The translations under genes and the position numbers were made by a program. Below the pieces are notes generated by a model, which did no database searches, was not told the origin of the DNA, and saw only the letters and a list, made by a program, of their open reading frames with translations. Shown here one piece after another: positions 31,298 to 41,402 of a stretch of 64,000 bases of DNA. The DNA is from Chthoniobacteraceae bacterium. Lineage in GTDB: Bacteria > Verrucomicrobiota > Verrucomicrobiia > Chthoniobacterales > Chthoniobacteraceae. Position 1 is the first letter of the stretch. Each line of letters opens with the position of its first letter. The stretch is taken from positions 1 through 64,000 of the forward strand of contig JANNWY010000186.1 in NCBI GenBank assembly GCA_031409335.1, given 5' to 3'.

Positions 31298-34200
31298 ATG
31301 AAAACACCCGCGTCATTTCTCCAACCCATCCTCGCCACGACTCGCTCCCGCAAAACCGTTCTCGTGCTCGCCGGCTCGATCGTCGCGCTCTTCGCTCCAG
31401 CGGCTCACGCACAACTGATCTGGAATTCCGCCGGGGCCACCGACAACTGGAGCACTGCCGCGGCGAATCCAAACTGGCTGCCTGGCAATGTCGTTTGGAC
31501 GCAGAACGAGAGCGCGATTTTCGACGCGACTTCGGGCACGCCGGAGGCCATCGGCGTCACGACCGCGAATGTTTTCAACAACATGACTTTCGACGTGACT
31601 GGCTTCAGTATCAGCAACGGAATCGGTTCGTTGCTCCTCGCGAATGATCTCGCGAGCACCATCACGGTAACCAATCTCGCGGACAGCGCCGCCATCGCGG
31701 AAACGATCGCGAACAACGCGGGCGGCGCGAGCACGCTGACCAAGGCGGGCGCGGGCACGCTCACGCTCAACAGTTCGGCCGCCAGCACTTATTCGGGCGG
31801 GACGATCATCAGCGCGGGCACGCTCGCTTTTACCAATGTCGGCTCGCTCGGCGTCGGCGCGGTGACGAATAACGCCACGCTCAACATCAACGTCGGCAAC
31901 ACCGCGCCGACCGGGCTTTCCAATGGCATGAGTGGCGCGGGGATCGTGAATGTGACGCTGCCGACGGGGACGAACACGACCACTCTGAATGGGAATTACT
32001 CCGCCTTCACCGGGACGTGGAACATCGGCATCGGCGCGGCTGCCGCGGCTGGGAAGGTACAGATGAACGGTGCCGACAATGCGGCGGCGACGATCAATAT
32101 TTTGGTGAACGGAACGCTGTTCTCGACCGGCAGCGTTACCCATAACGCGGCGATCGTGCTCAATGGTGGCGACACCGGCGAGTCCATCGGCCAGCTCCGG
32201 CTCGACAGCGGCGCGACGTGGGCCGGCCCGGTCACGCTCGCGGGCGATATGACTGGCACCAACGATGGCATCGTCGGCTCGAATGCGGGCACGGGCACGA
32301 TCAGCGGGACGATCAGTGAAACGGGCGGATCGCGCGTGTTGAGCAAATCGGGCGGCGGCGCGATCGCGCTCACCGGGCCGAATACTTTCACCGGCAAGAC
32401 GGCGATCCTCAACGGGGCGCTGAGCGCGGGCTCGCTGAACAACGTCGCGGGCGGCTCCGCGAGCAGCAGCCTCGGTGTGCCGACCACGGTCGCGAACGGC
32501 ACGATCGACATTGGAAATGTCGCGGCCACCGGGCAGCTCATCTACACGGGCGCGGGCGAAACGACGGATCGCGTCATCAATCTCAACGGCACCACCGGCG
32601 GCGCGACCCTGACCCAATCGGGCGCGGGCAATTTGAAATTCGCGAGCGACTTCACCGCGACGGGCCTGGGCAATAAGACGCTCACCCTGCAAGGCTCCAC
32701 CGCGGGCACAGGGGAAATCGCGGGCGCCATCGTGAACAGCGCGGGCCTTAACACGGGACTCACCAAGAATGGCACGGGCACATGGACGCTCGGCGGCAGC
32801 AATACCTACACGGGCACGACCACGGTGAATGCGGGAACGCTCCGGCTCGACTACGGCACGAACGACAACTCGAAACTGGCCGACACGAATGGCCCGCTCG
32901 TCTTCGGCGGCGGCACGGTGGAACTCTCCGGCGGCACCCACGCCGAGGTCGCGCTCTCCACAACGCTCACCGCCGGCACAAACAGCACCGTCGCGCGCAG
33001 CAGCGGTGGCGCGGTGCTCCAGTTGAATTTCATCACGCCCAATGCGGGCAACTCGCTCACCTTCACTGGCTCCGGCATCGCGACCGCCGACACGCTGAAT
33101 ACGAATGGTATCCTCGGCTTTTGGGCGCGGACGAACATTGGCGGCGTGTCGAGCTGGGCAGCGAATATGACCGATGCCGACGATGGCCCGATCGTCGCTT
33201 ACGCGGGCTACAGCGATGTCACGCGCCTCGGCGTGAGCGCGGTTCCAAACGGTGCGGCGAACAACGTGCGCATCGTCAACGGCGGCGCTGCTGGGAACAT
33301 CACGCTCGCGGGCGGCGCGCTGACGGAGGCTTACACTTTGCAAATGGACGCGAGTGACGGCGCGGCCACGATCGCTCCGGCGGCGACGACCGACGTGCTG
33401 AATGTCGGCAACGACGCAGGCGGCGCGATCTGGCAGACCGCGACTTCCGGCGCGCTCACCGTCGGCACGGTGGCGAATGACGGCGTGCTCACCAGCGGCG
33501 CGACCGCGAGCGCGGCGACGGCGACGCTCCGGCTCATCAACGACAGCGCGACGAACGCGCTCACCGTCAACTCCACCATCGCGAACAACGGCAGCGATGT
33601 GGTGAACGTGACAAGATCCGGCGTGGGAACGGTGCTGCTCGCCGGGAACAATTCCTTCACCGGCATACTGACTGCCGGAACGGGTGGTACGCTGATTCTT
33701 TCGGGAGAAAATTCCGCGCGCCCCGCCGGGGCGCTGGGCCTCAATACGGTGAACGCCGGTGGCATTCTCCAACTCCAGGCCAACGCCGGGAATACGAGCG
33801 CGGGCGTTTCCACCGCGCTATCGAGCGAACAAACCGCGAACCAGCCGCTCATCGTCAGCGCCGGCGGCACGCTGCAATTGCGCGGCGACAGTTCCGTGAT
33901 CTTTGCGGGCGGAAATAACTTTGGCGGACTCGGCAGCGCGACCGTTACCATCGACGTGAACGGCAGCGGCGCGGGCAAGACGCTCACGCTCGCGCCCGTG
34001 GGCTTCAACGTGAACACCACCACGATCAACGTGACCGGCGGCAACGGCTACGTCTTCGGCACGGGCACGATCAACAATGTCACTGGTGCGGCCAATGCCG
34101 CGCTGACCTTGAATCCCACCACTGCCGCCATGTCCATCGCGGGCTATACCGGCACCACGGCCTTTACCAGCACGCTCGTTTTGAGCGGGACTGCGGCGGG

Positions 34201-35527
34201 GAATTCTGTCACGGGTCCGATCACCAACACCACCAGCACCACGCCCTCGGTGATCAGTCTCACCAAGCTCGGCAGCAGCATTTGGGATAGCGCGGGCGCG
34301 AACACGCACACCGGCACCACCACCGTCCGCCAGGGCACGCTCATCCTCTCCGGCGCGCGCACCGTCACGAGCGGCGGCATCACCGTCGGCGACACGGCGG
34401 GGCTCAATGCCACGCTCAACATTACCAATGGCAACTTTGCCATGACCGCCTCGCTCTTCGTCGCGAACGGTGCCAATTCGAGCGTCGTGAATCACTCGGG
34501 CGGCAGCATCGCCGCCAGCGGCGGAAATTTCGTGCTCATCGGAAACGTCGTGGGCTCGAACTCGCTCGGCACTTACAACCTCAGCGGCGGCACGCTCAGC
34601 ACCGGCGCATCGGCGGCGCGCGGCGTCACCCTCGGCGTCAATTCCAACACCACCGGCACCTTCAACCTCAGCGGCACCGGCAACCTCTCGCTGCCCACGA
34701 GCACGCTGATGGTCGCCCGCTCCGACGATGCGGTGACGCAGAGCAGCACCGGCAATTTCAACCAAACCGGCGCGGCTAGCACCGCGACCATCGGCACGCT
34801 CAGCATCGGCGGTGGCAATGCGAACACCTCCGGCAACGTCGGCAACGTCGATCTCTCCGCTGGCACTTTCACCGCGACGAATTTCACCGTGCTCGCTGCC
34901 AGCCCCGCGAGCACCGCGACCATCCTCATCCGCGACACTGCGCTCGTCACGCTCCCCGCCTTCCCCATCGCGCGCGGCGCGGGCTCCACGGCCACGCTCA
35001 CCTTCGACGGCGGCACGCTCATCCCCGCCGCCGCGAGCACGGCCTACCTGGGCGGGCTGACGAATGCCTTCATCAAAAACGGCGGCGCGAAGCTCGACGT
35101 GCCCGCAGTCGCAGACATCACGATCTCGCAGATCCTCGAGAATTTCGCCGCACACACCGGTTCGCTGACCAAGGTGGGCGCTGGAAAACTCACATTCTCG
35201 GGCGCGAGCATCTACACCGGCGCCACGAACGTGGACGATGGCGCGTTGATCGTCACCGGCACCCTCACCGGATCGGCGGTGAATGTGAACACGGCCACTG
35301 CGACCGTGCGATTCGCCGTCAGCCAAACGCTGCCCGCGCTCAACATCGCCAACGGTGCGACCGTGATCTTGAGCGACCTGCCGCCGCCTGCGTTCGCTGA
35401 TGAATTCGGCGCGCAGGGTGACCTCCTCGCCAGCAGTCCCGCGCAAGCGGTGCCGGAGCCAGGGAGCATCGCTCTCCTTCTGAGCGGCCTCGCGACCGCA
35501 TTCGGCCGTCGTCGCCGCCGCGCCTGA
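31298..35527 (+). CDS. Large PEP-CTERM protein with autotransporter-associated beta-strand repeats
   Basis: Signal ending AAHAQ; repeated LTKxGxGTLTLxxxNTY(S/T)GxTxVxxGTL; C-terminal VPEPGSIALLL..RRRRRA. Confidence 0.92.
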   Translation: MKTPASFLQPILATTRSRKTVLVLAGSIVALFAPAAHAQLIWNSAGATDNWSTAAANPNWLPGNVVWTQNESAIFDATSGTPEAIGVTTANVFNNMTFDVTGFSISNGIGSLLLANDLASTITVTNLADSAAIAETIANNAGGASTLTKAGAGTLTLNSSAASTYSGGTIISAGTLAFTNVGSLGVGAVTNNATLNINVGNTAPTGLSNGMSGAGIVNVTLPTGTNTTTLNGNYSAFTGTWNIGIGAAAAAGKVQMNGADNAAATINILVNGTLFSTGSVTHNAAIVLNGGDTGESIGQLRLDSGATWAGPVTLAGDMTGTNDGIVGSNAGTGTISGTISETGGSRVLSKSGGGAIALTGPNTFTGKTAILNGALSAGSLNNVAGGSASSSLGVPTTVANGTIDIGNVAATGQLIYTGAGETTDRVINLNGTTGGATLTQSGAGNLKFASDFTATGLGNKTLTLQGSTAGTGEIAGAIVNSAGLNTGLTKNGTGTWTLGGSNTYTGTTTVNAGTLRLDYGTNDNSKLADTNGPLVFGGGTVELSGGTHAEVALSTTLTAGTNSTVARSSGGAVLQLNFITPNAGNSLTFTGSGIATADTLNTNGILGFWARTNIGGVSSWAANMTDADDGPIVAYAGYSDVTRLGVSAVPNGAANNVRIVNGGAAGNITLAGGALTEAYTLQMDASDGAATIAPAATTDVLNVGNDAGGAIWQTATSGALTVGTVANDGVLTSGATASAATATLRLINDSATNALTVNSTIANNGSDVVNVTRSGVGTVLLAGNNSFTGILTAGTGGTLILSGENSARPAGALGLNTVNAGGILQLQANAGNTSAGVSTALSSEQTANQPLIVSAGGTLQLRGDSSVIFAGGNNFGGLGSATVTIDVNGSGAGKTLTLAPVGFNVNTTTINVTGGNGYVFGTGTINNVTGAANAALTLNPTTAAMSIAGYTGTTAFTSTLVLSGTAAGNSVTGPITNTTSTTPSVISLTKLGSSIWDSAGANTHTGTTTVRQGTLILSGARTVTSGGITVGDTAGLNATLNITNGNFAMTASLFVANGANSSVVNHSGGSIAASGGNFVLIGNVVGSNSLGTYNLSGGTLSTGASAARGVTLGVNSNTTGTFNLSGTGNLSLPTSTLMVARSDDAVTQSSTGNFNQTGAASTATIGTLSIGGGNANTSGNVGNVDLSAGTFTATNFTVLAASPASTATILIRDTALVTLPAFPIARGAGSTATLTFDGGTLIPAAASTAYLGGLTNAFIKNGGAKLDVPAVADITISQILENFAAHTGSLTKVGAGKLTFSGASIYTGATNVDDGALIVTGTLTGSAVNVNTATATVRFAVSQTLPALNIANGATVILSDLPPPAFADEFGAQGDLLASSPAQAVPEPGSIALLLSGLATAFGRRRRRA

Positions 35528-35610
35528 TTTTCAGCGCGGTGGAACCCGGACGGAAGGAAGCGACCCTTTCCGAATCCGCATTCGGTGATAGGATTGCGCA
35601 CCCGACATTC

Positions 35611-38600
35611 ATGAGATTTTTCCCCCTCCTCGCCGCGAGTTCCGCGTTCGCAATTGCAGCCTTCGCCGCGGACAGCACCGTCATCTTCAACGAAATCCAC
35701 TACAACCCGGCGGCGGGTCAGCAGGAGTTCATCGAGCTACGCAATCTCCACGGCGTGGATATGCACGTCGGTGGTTGGAAGATCGACGGCGGCGTGGATT
35801 TCACTTTTCCCGCGAACACCGTGGTGCCGGGCGGCGGCTACGTGCTCGTCGGCGCGGTCGCGGGGGCGTTGGGAAATTTCACCGGCCAGCTCGACAACGG
35901 CGGCGAGACGCTGCGGCTGCGGAATCTGAACGGGCGCATCATGGACGAGCTGAACTACGGCGACGCTGGCGAGTGGCCGCTCGCCGCGGACGGCAGCGGG
36001 GCGACGCTCTCGCGACGCGCGGCCAGCGCGGCGGAAGGCGCGGCGGCGTGGACCGCGAGCACTGCGATCGGCGGCACGCCGGGCGCGGAAAACTTTGCAG
36101 TCGGCGGGCCGATCAATCGCTCGCTGATCGCCGCGCGCGACTTGTGGAAATATCGCGACGCCGACGCAGCGCCGCCCGCCGATTGGGCGAGCGCGGCTTT
36201 CAGCGATGCGGCGTGGACGCAGGGCAACGCGGTGCTCGGCACGCCGGGCGGCACGCCGACGTTGACGGTGACGACCGATCTGGTGGAGCGTTTCCGCGCC
36301 AGCGCGATCACTGGCCTGGCGAATGGCGCGACGGTGGCGACGTGGCTCGATGGCGCGACGGGCGATGGCTCGCAGGACGCGGTGGCGGGCGCGACGACGC
36401 CGACTTTCCGGGTGAACGTGACGCCGTCAGGCAAGGCGGTGGTGCGCTTCGATGGCAATGATGAACTGCGCACGACCATCCTGCCCGGCATCACGCCGAC
36501 GGGCGGATTTGTGTACTTCGTCGTGGTGAAGGCGCTCGGTGCGCAGGGCGACGGAAACTTCATCCTCGACCGGCACCTCACTGGCGGCGGCGCTCCGTTG
36601 GTTTCGATCAAGCCGCAGAGCGGTTTCTTTGCCCTGCAAAAACGGTACGACGACAACAGCGGGCTGGGCGGACCCGTCTCGGCCACGCCGATTTCCACCG
36701 CCGCTTTTCAAATCGTGGCGGTGCGGAGAAACCGGACACTGAACCGTTTCGAGATGTGGGTGAATGGCGTGATGGAGGCCACCGAGGCGGACACGGGTGG
36801 CGCGCTCAATCCAGACCCGGTGAATATCGGACGCCATGCGACCACGGCCAACGGCGGATTGATCGGCGATATCGCCGAGGTGCTGATCTACAAAAGCGAA
36901 CTCACCGATGCGGATTTCCTGTCGGTTGGCGGATATTTGGAATCGGAGTACGGGCTCGACACGGCGTTCCCCGGCAGCGCGGTCGCGACGCCGCTTTCGG
37001 TCACCGCGCCGACGAGTTATTTTCGGAAAACTTTCACCTCGCCCGGCAATGCCGCGCTGACCGCGCTGCGGCTCTCGCACCTCGTCGCGGACGGCGCGGT
37101 GTTTTATTTGAATGGCGTGGAAATCCTGCGCACAAACCTGCCGGGCGGCGCGGTGGCGCATACGACGCCCGCGAGTTCGATCATCGCGAATCCAGCCTCG
37201 TCGGGCGCGATCTCCGTTCCGAATGGGTCGCTCGTCAGCGGCACGAATGTGCTCGCGGTCTCGCTGCACAAAGCGATCGCGAGTCCCGGCGTGCTTTTCG
37301 ATGCGACGCTGGAATCCACCGAGACGCCCGCCGATCCGAATGTGGATCAATTCCGCTTCAGCGAAATCGCGGCGTTTGGCAGTCCCACATTTTATGTCGA
37401 GCTGCGCAACCCGACGGCGAATCCGGTGAGCACGAACGGGTGGAGCATCAAATCGAGCGACGGCCAGACCGCCGCGCTCGCTGCGCAGAATGTCGCCGCG
37501 GGTGGTTATGTCGTTTTCAATATCGCAAACCTCGGCTTCACCCCGACGGATGGCGCGCGACTTTTCCTGATCGCGCCGGGCGGCACCGAAGTGCGCGACG
37601 CGCGGACGGTGACGGCGCAACTGCGCGGACTGCTGCCGGACGGGCGCTGGGGCCGTCCCGATTCCGCGACGCCGGGTGCGGCGAATCTCGTGACGATCAG
37701 CAGCGCGATCGTCATCAATGAAATTTTTTACAACGCCGACGCGCCGACGCCGCCCGCGCTGCCGAGCGGCGAGCAGTGGGTCGAGCTGCACAACCGCAGC
37801 GGCGCGCCGGTCGATGTGAGCCTGTGGAAATTCAGCGACGGGATCGACTTCCTGATTCCCGCCGCGACGCCGCAGATTCCCGCGGGCGGCTTCCTCGTCG
37901 TCGCGTGGAATCCCGCGACCTTCGCGACGCTGCATCCCGGCGTCACCGCGCTCGGCCCTTTCACCGGAAGCCTCAGCGGAAAAGGCGAGACGATCACGCT
38001 GCGCGACGCGAATGACAACGTGGCGGATCAGGTGACCTACGCCGACGGCGGACGCTGGAGCCAGTGGGCGGACGGCGGCGGATCGAGCCTCGAACTCATC
38101 GACCCCGACGCCGACAACACGCGCGGCGAAGCGTGGGATGCCAGCGACGAGAGCGGCGACTCGACGTGGCAAAACGTGAGCATCACCGACGCGGCGGCGT
38201 TGAATCCGGGGAGCAATCCGACGACTTGGAACGAGTTCAATTTCGGACTGCTGAACGCGGGTGAATTCCTCATCGACGACATCAGCGTGACGCAGGCAGG
38301 CACGCAGTTGATTCAAAACGGCAACTTCACTGCGGGGAACGCAAACTTCTGGCGCATCATCGGCACGCACAGCGGCAGCGTCGTTTCCGATGGCGGCAAC
38401 AACGTGCTCAAAGTCGTCGCGACCGCCGAGACGGAGCACATGCACAACCACGCCGGCACGACGCTGAAAAACGGCGCGAGCTTTCACACCATCGTCGCGG
38501 CGAACACCTACATCATCACCTTCCGCGCGAAGTGGCTGCGCGGCTCGAACGCGCTCCACTCGCGGATGTACGTGAACCGCCTCCCGCTCAAAACGCTGCT

Positions 38601-41298
38601 CAATCGCCCGACGACCGGCGGCACGCCCGGCGCGCAAAACAGCCGCTTCAACGCCAACGCCGGCCCGACTTTCGACGCGCTTTCGCATTCGCCAGTCGTC
38701 CCCGCCGCCACGGTGCCGGCGACCGTCTCGGTGAAAGTCGCGGACGCGGATGGCATCGCGACCGTGGAGCTTTTCCGGTCGGTGAATGGCGCGGCTTTCA
38801 CCAGCACAAACATGGCGACCGCGGGCGGCGAAATTTACACCGGCACCGTGGCGGGGCAGGCGGCGAGCGCGACCGTGCAGTTCTACATCCGCGCCACCGA
38901 TTCGCTCGGCGCGGTCAGCTTTTTCCCCGCGGGCGGCCCCGCGTCGCGCGCGATGATCCCGTGGGCGGATGGCCGCGCGCAGCTCACGCTCCCGAGCGGC
39001 GCAAAGCCGCACAACGTCCGCGTCATCATGCCCGGCGCGGACGCGAACAATCTTTACCGTCACGAAAATCTGATGAGCAACGCGGCGATTCCCTGCACCG
39101 TCATTTACGACGAGCGCGAGGTGTATTACCGCGCCGGAGTCGCGCTCAAAAGCAGCGAGCACGGACGCTTCAACATCAACCGCGTCGGCTACAACATTGA
39201 ATTCCCGGCGGACGATCTTTTCCTCGGCACGCACGGCGGCATCTCGATCGACCGCTCCGGCGGCACGAGCGCGGGGCAAAAGGAAATCCTGATCAAACAA
39301 CTGAGCATCCTCGCGGGCGGCATCCACGCGCCGCAGGATGACATCATTCGGCTCATCCCCGCGCGCGCGACTGGCACGGGTTTTCAGTTCGACGGCGCGG
39401 GAATGCTCGGCGCGGCGATCCTGTCCAAGACAAGGCTCAAAGGCGACTACCTCGACAACCAGTGGGAGAACGGCGGCGACGGGATGATGTTCAAATACGA
39501 GCGCATCTACGTGCTCACGCAGACCATCAATGCGGCGACGCGCGTGGTGGATGGAGCGATCGTGCCTGAGAATCCGAAGATTCCACAGGACACGACTTCG
39601 CCGCTGCCGCACCTAGCACCGCCCGGCGTCAACGTCACCAACCTCGGCGCAAACTCCGAGCTTTACCGCTGGCACTGGCTCGTCGAGAGCGGGCGCAACA
39701 CCGACGACTTCGCGGGAATCATGAACGTCACCAACGCCATCGGCCAGCCGGCGGGCGCGACTTTCAACAGTCTCGTGACCCAATACATCGACGTGGATGC
39801 GTGGACGCGCGCGCATGTGCCCGGCGTCCTTTACGGCGTCGTGGACAATTACCTCGCGGCCAACGGCGCGGGTTCGCTGCACAATGTGCTGTTCTATTTT
39901 CCACCGGGAAAAAAGGCCGTGCTGTTTCCGTGGGACATGGATTTTCTCAACCAAAGCAATCCCACGGCGGTCACGCTCGCCACTGGCGGCGACATCGCGA
40001 AATTCATCAGCAACCCCGCGTGGAAGCGGCTGTATTACGGACACATGCTCGACGTGCTAAACCGCTCGTTTAACACCGCGACGATGACGACGTGGGCCAC
40101 GCACTACTCGCGCTTTGGCACCGATGACATGGTGGCGAGTGTGGCCGCGTATCTCACACCGCGCGCCAACTACGCGCGCGAGTTCGTGACGGGGACGAAT
40201 GGCCAGACCGCGCCGGTTCCCTTCGTCGTCTTCGCGCGCACCAGCGCGAGCCCGGCGACGGTGAGCACGCCTTTCGCCACCGTGACCGGCAACGGCTGGA
40301 TCAATCTCGCCGAGATCCGCCTGCTCGGCAGCGCCGAGCCGCTCGCGATCACGTGGACCGGCCAGAGCACTTGGTCCGTGCAGCTCCCGATTTCCGCGGG
40401 CACGAATCTCTACACGCTCGTGCCCTACGACAAGTACGGCGTGCAACTCGGCAACACCGTCACCGGCGGCACGCTCGTCACCGCCACCGTCACCATCACC
40501 GGCAGCGGCGGCATCTTCCCCGCTGCACCGGGAAATCTCGTGGTGAGCGAGCTGAACTACAATCCCGTGGGAACCACCGACGCCACGGAATTCATCGAAC
40601 TGCTCAACATCACCGGCGCCACGCTCGCCCTCGGCGGCTGCCACTTTGACGAGGAACTCGGGCAGGGCATCGCCTACACCTTCCCCGCCGGAGTGCAGAT
40701 CGCGCCCGGCGCGCGCATCCTCGTCGTGCGCGATCGCGTCGCCTTTGAAGCGATGTACGGCGCGGGCCTGCCGCTCGCGCCCGGCGTCTTCACCGGCGCG
40801 CTGGACAATAGCGGGGAAAGCATCGTGCTCTACTCCGCGGGCGGGCTGGAACTCTTCCGCTTTTCATACAGCGACAACCTCGCCAGCACCGACGGCGGCG
40901 GTCGCACGCTCGTGCGCCAGCTCAACAGCGCGAATCCGAATCCAAGCGCGTACGCATGGCGCGAAAGCACGCAGCTCAACGGCAACCCGAACGCCACGGA
41001 CGCCGTCCTGTTCACCGGCACGCCGCTCGCCGATCTCGATGGCGATGGCTTCCACGCCATCATCGAATACGTCTGCGGCACGAGCGACACCAATCCCGCC
41101 TCGCGCCCCGCGCCCGCGCAGTTTGTTTTCGATATGTCGGGAAATGTGACCGCCACTTTCCCCATCGTACCAAACGCCGACGACGCCATTGCCTCGCCGC
41201 AAACCGCCGCGACGCTTGGCATCGGCTGGCTCCCGCACACCGTCCCGGTGCCAGTGACGCCGACGCGTTTCTTCCGCCTCAGCGTGACGCCCCGTTAA
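35611..41298 (+). CDS. Secreted lamin-tail / LamG-like / CotH-kinase-like protein
   Basis: Signal MRFFPLLAASSAFAIAAFA; LTD motifs IFNEIHYNP..EFIELRN; LamG-like VRFDGND..GDIAEVLIY; CotH-like HNVLFY, PWDMD; DLDGDG; ends RFFRLSVTPR. Confidence 0.87.
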   Translation: MRFFPLLAASSAFAIAAFAADSTVIFNEIHYNPAAGQQEFIELRNLHGVDMHVGGWKIDGGVDFTFPANTVVPGGGYVLVGAVAGALGNFTGQLDNGGETLRLRNLNGRIMDELNYGDAGEWPLAADGSGATLSRRAASAAEGAAAWTASTAIGGTPGAENFAVGGPINRSLIAARDLWKYRDADAAPPADWASAAFSDAAWTQGNAVLGTPGGTPTLTVTTDLVERFRASAITGLANGATVATWLDGATGDGSQDAVAGATTPTFRVNVTPSGKAVVRFDGNDELRTTILPGITPTGGFVYFVVVKALGAQGDGNFILDRHLTGGGAPLVSIKPQSGFFALQKRYDDNSGLGGPVSATPISTAAFQIVAVRRNRTLNRFEMWVNGVMEATEADTGGALNPDPVNIGRHATTANGGLIGDIAEVLIYKSELTDADFLSVGGYLESEYGLDTAFPGSAVATPLSVTAPTSYFRKTFTSPGNAALTALRLSHLVADGAVFYLNGVEILRTNLPGGAVAHTTPASSIIANPASSGAISVPNGSLVSGTNVLAVSLHKAIASPGVLFDATLESTETPADPNVDQFRFSEIAAFGSPTFYVELRNPTANPVSTNGWSIKSSDGQTAALAAQNVAAGGYVVFNIANLGFTPTDGARLFLIAPGGTEVRDARTVTAQLRGLLPDGRWGRPDSATPGAANLVTISSAIVINEIFYNADAPTPPALPSGEQWVELHNRSGAPVDVSLWKFSDGIDFLIPAATPQIPAGGFLVVAWNPATFATLHPGVTALGPFTGSLSGKGETITLRDANDNVADQVTYADGGRWSQWADGGGSSLELIDPDADNTRGEAWDASDESGDSTWQNVSITDAAALNPGSNPTTWNEFNFGLLNAGEFLIDDISVTQAGTQLIQNGNFTAGNANFWRIIGTHSGSVVSDGGNNVLKVVATAETEHMHNHAGTTLKNGASFHTIVAANTYIITFRAKWLRGSNALHSRMYVNRLPLKTLLNRPTTGGTPGAQNSRFNANAGPTFDALSHSPVVPAATVPATVSVKVADADGIATVELFRSVNGAAFTSTNMATAGGEIYTGTVAGQAASATVQFYIRATDSLGAVSFFPAGGPASRAMIPWADGRAQLTLPSGAKPHNVRVIMPGADANNLYRHENLMSNAAIPCTVIYDEREVYYRAGVALKSSEHGRFNINRVGYNIEFPADDLFLGTHGGISIDRSGGTSAGQKEILIKQLSILAGGIHAPQDDIIRLIPARATGTGFQFDGAGMLGAAILSKTRLKGDYLDNQWENGGDGMMFKYERIYVLTQTINAATRVVDGAIVPENPKIPQDTTSPLPHLAPPGVNVTNLGANSELYRWHWLVESGRNTDDFAGIMNVTNAIGQPAGATFNSLVTQYIDVDAWTRAHVPGVLYGVVDNYLAANGAGSLHNVLFYFPPGKKAVLFPWDMDFLNQSNPTAVTLATGGDIAKFISNPAWKRLYYGHMLDVLNRSFNTATMTTWATHYSRFGTDDMVASVAAYLTPRANYAREFVTGTNGQTAPVPFVVFARTSASPATVSTPFATVTGNGWINLAEIRLLGSAEPLAITWTGQSTWSVQLPISAGTNLYTLVPYDKYGVQLGNTVTGGTLVTATVTITGSGGIFPAAPGNLVVSELNYNPVGTTDATEFIELLNITGATLALGGCHFDEELGQGIAYTFPAGVQIAPGARILVVRDRVAFEAMYGAGLPLAPGVFTGALDNSGESIVLYSAGGLELFRFSYSDNLASTDGGGRTLVRQLNSANPNPSAYAWRESTQLNGNPNATDAVLFTGTPLADLDGDGFHAIIEYVCGTSDTNPASRPAPAQFVFDMSGNVTATFPIVPNADDAIASPQTAATLGIGWLPHTVPVPVTPTRFFRLSVTPR

Positions 41299-41299
41299 A

Positions 41300-41402
41300 G
41301 CCGAAGGCTCTGGGACTGCTGTGATTCTTCACAGCTCTTCGGAAAAGCGCGCGCGGGTGCAAAAGCTGTGAAGGAATCACAGCAGTCCCAGAGCCTTCGG
41401 CG
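41300..41402. repeat. REP-doublet-like palindrome, copy 1
   Basis: 37/38-nt arms gccgaaggctctgggactgctgtgattc(c)ttcacagct at 41300-41336 and 41364-41401; fills the gap between convergent stops. Confidence 0.9.
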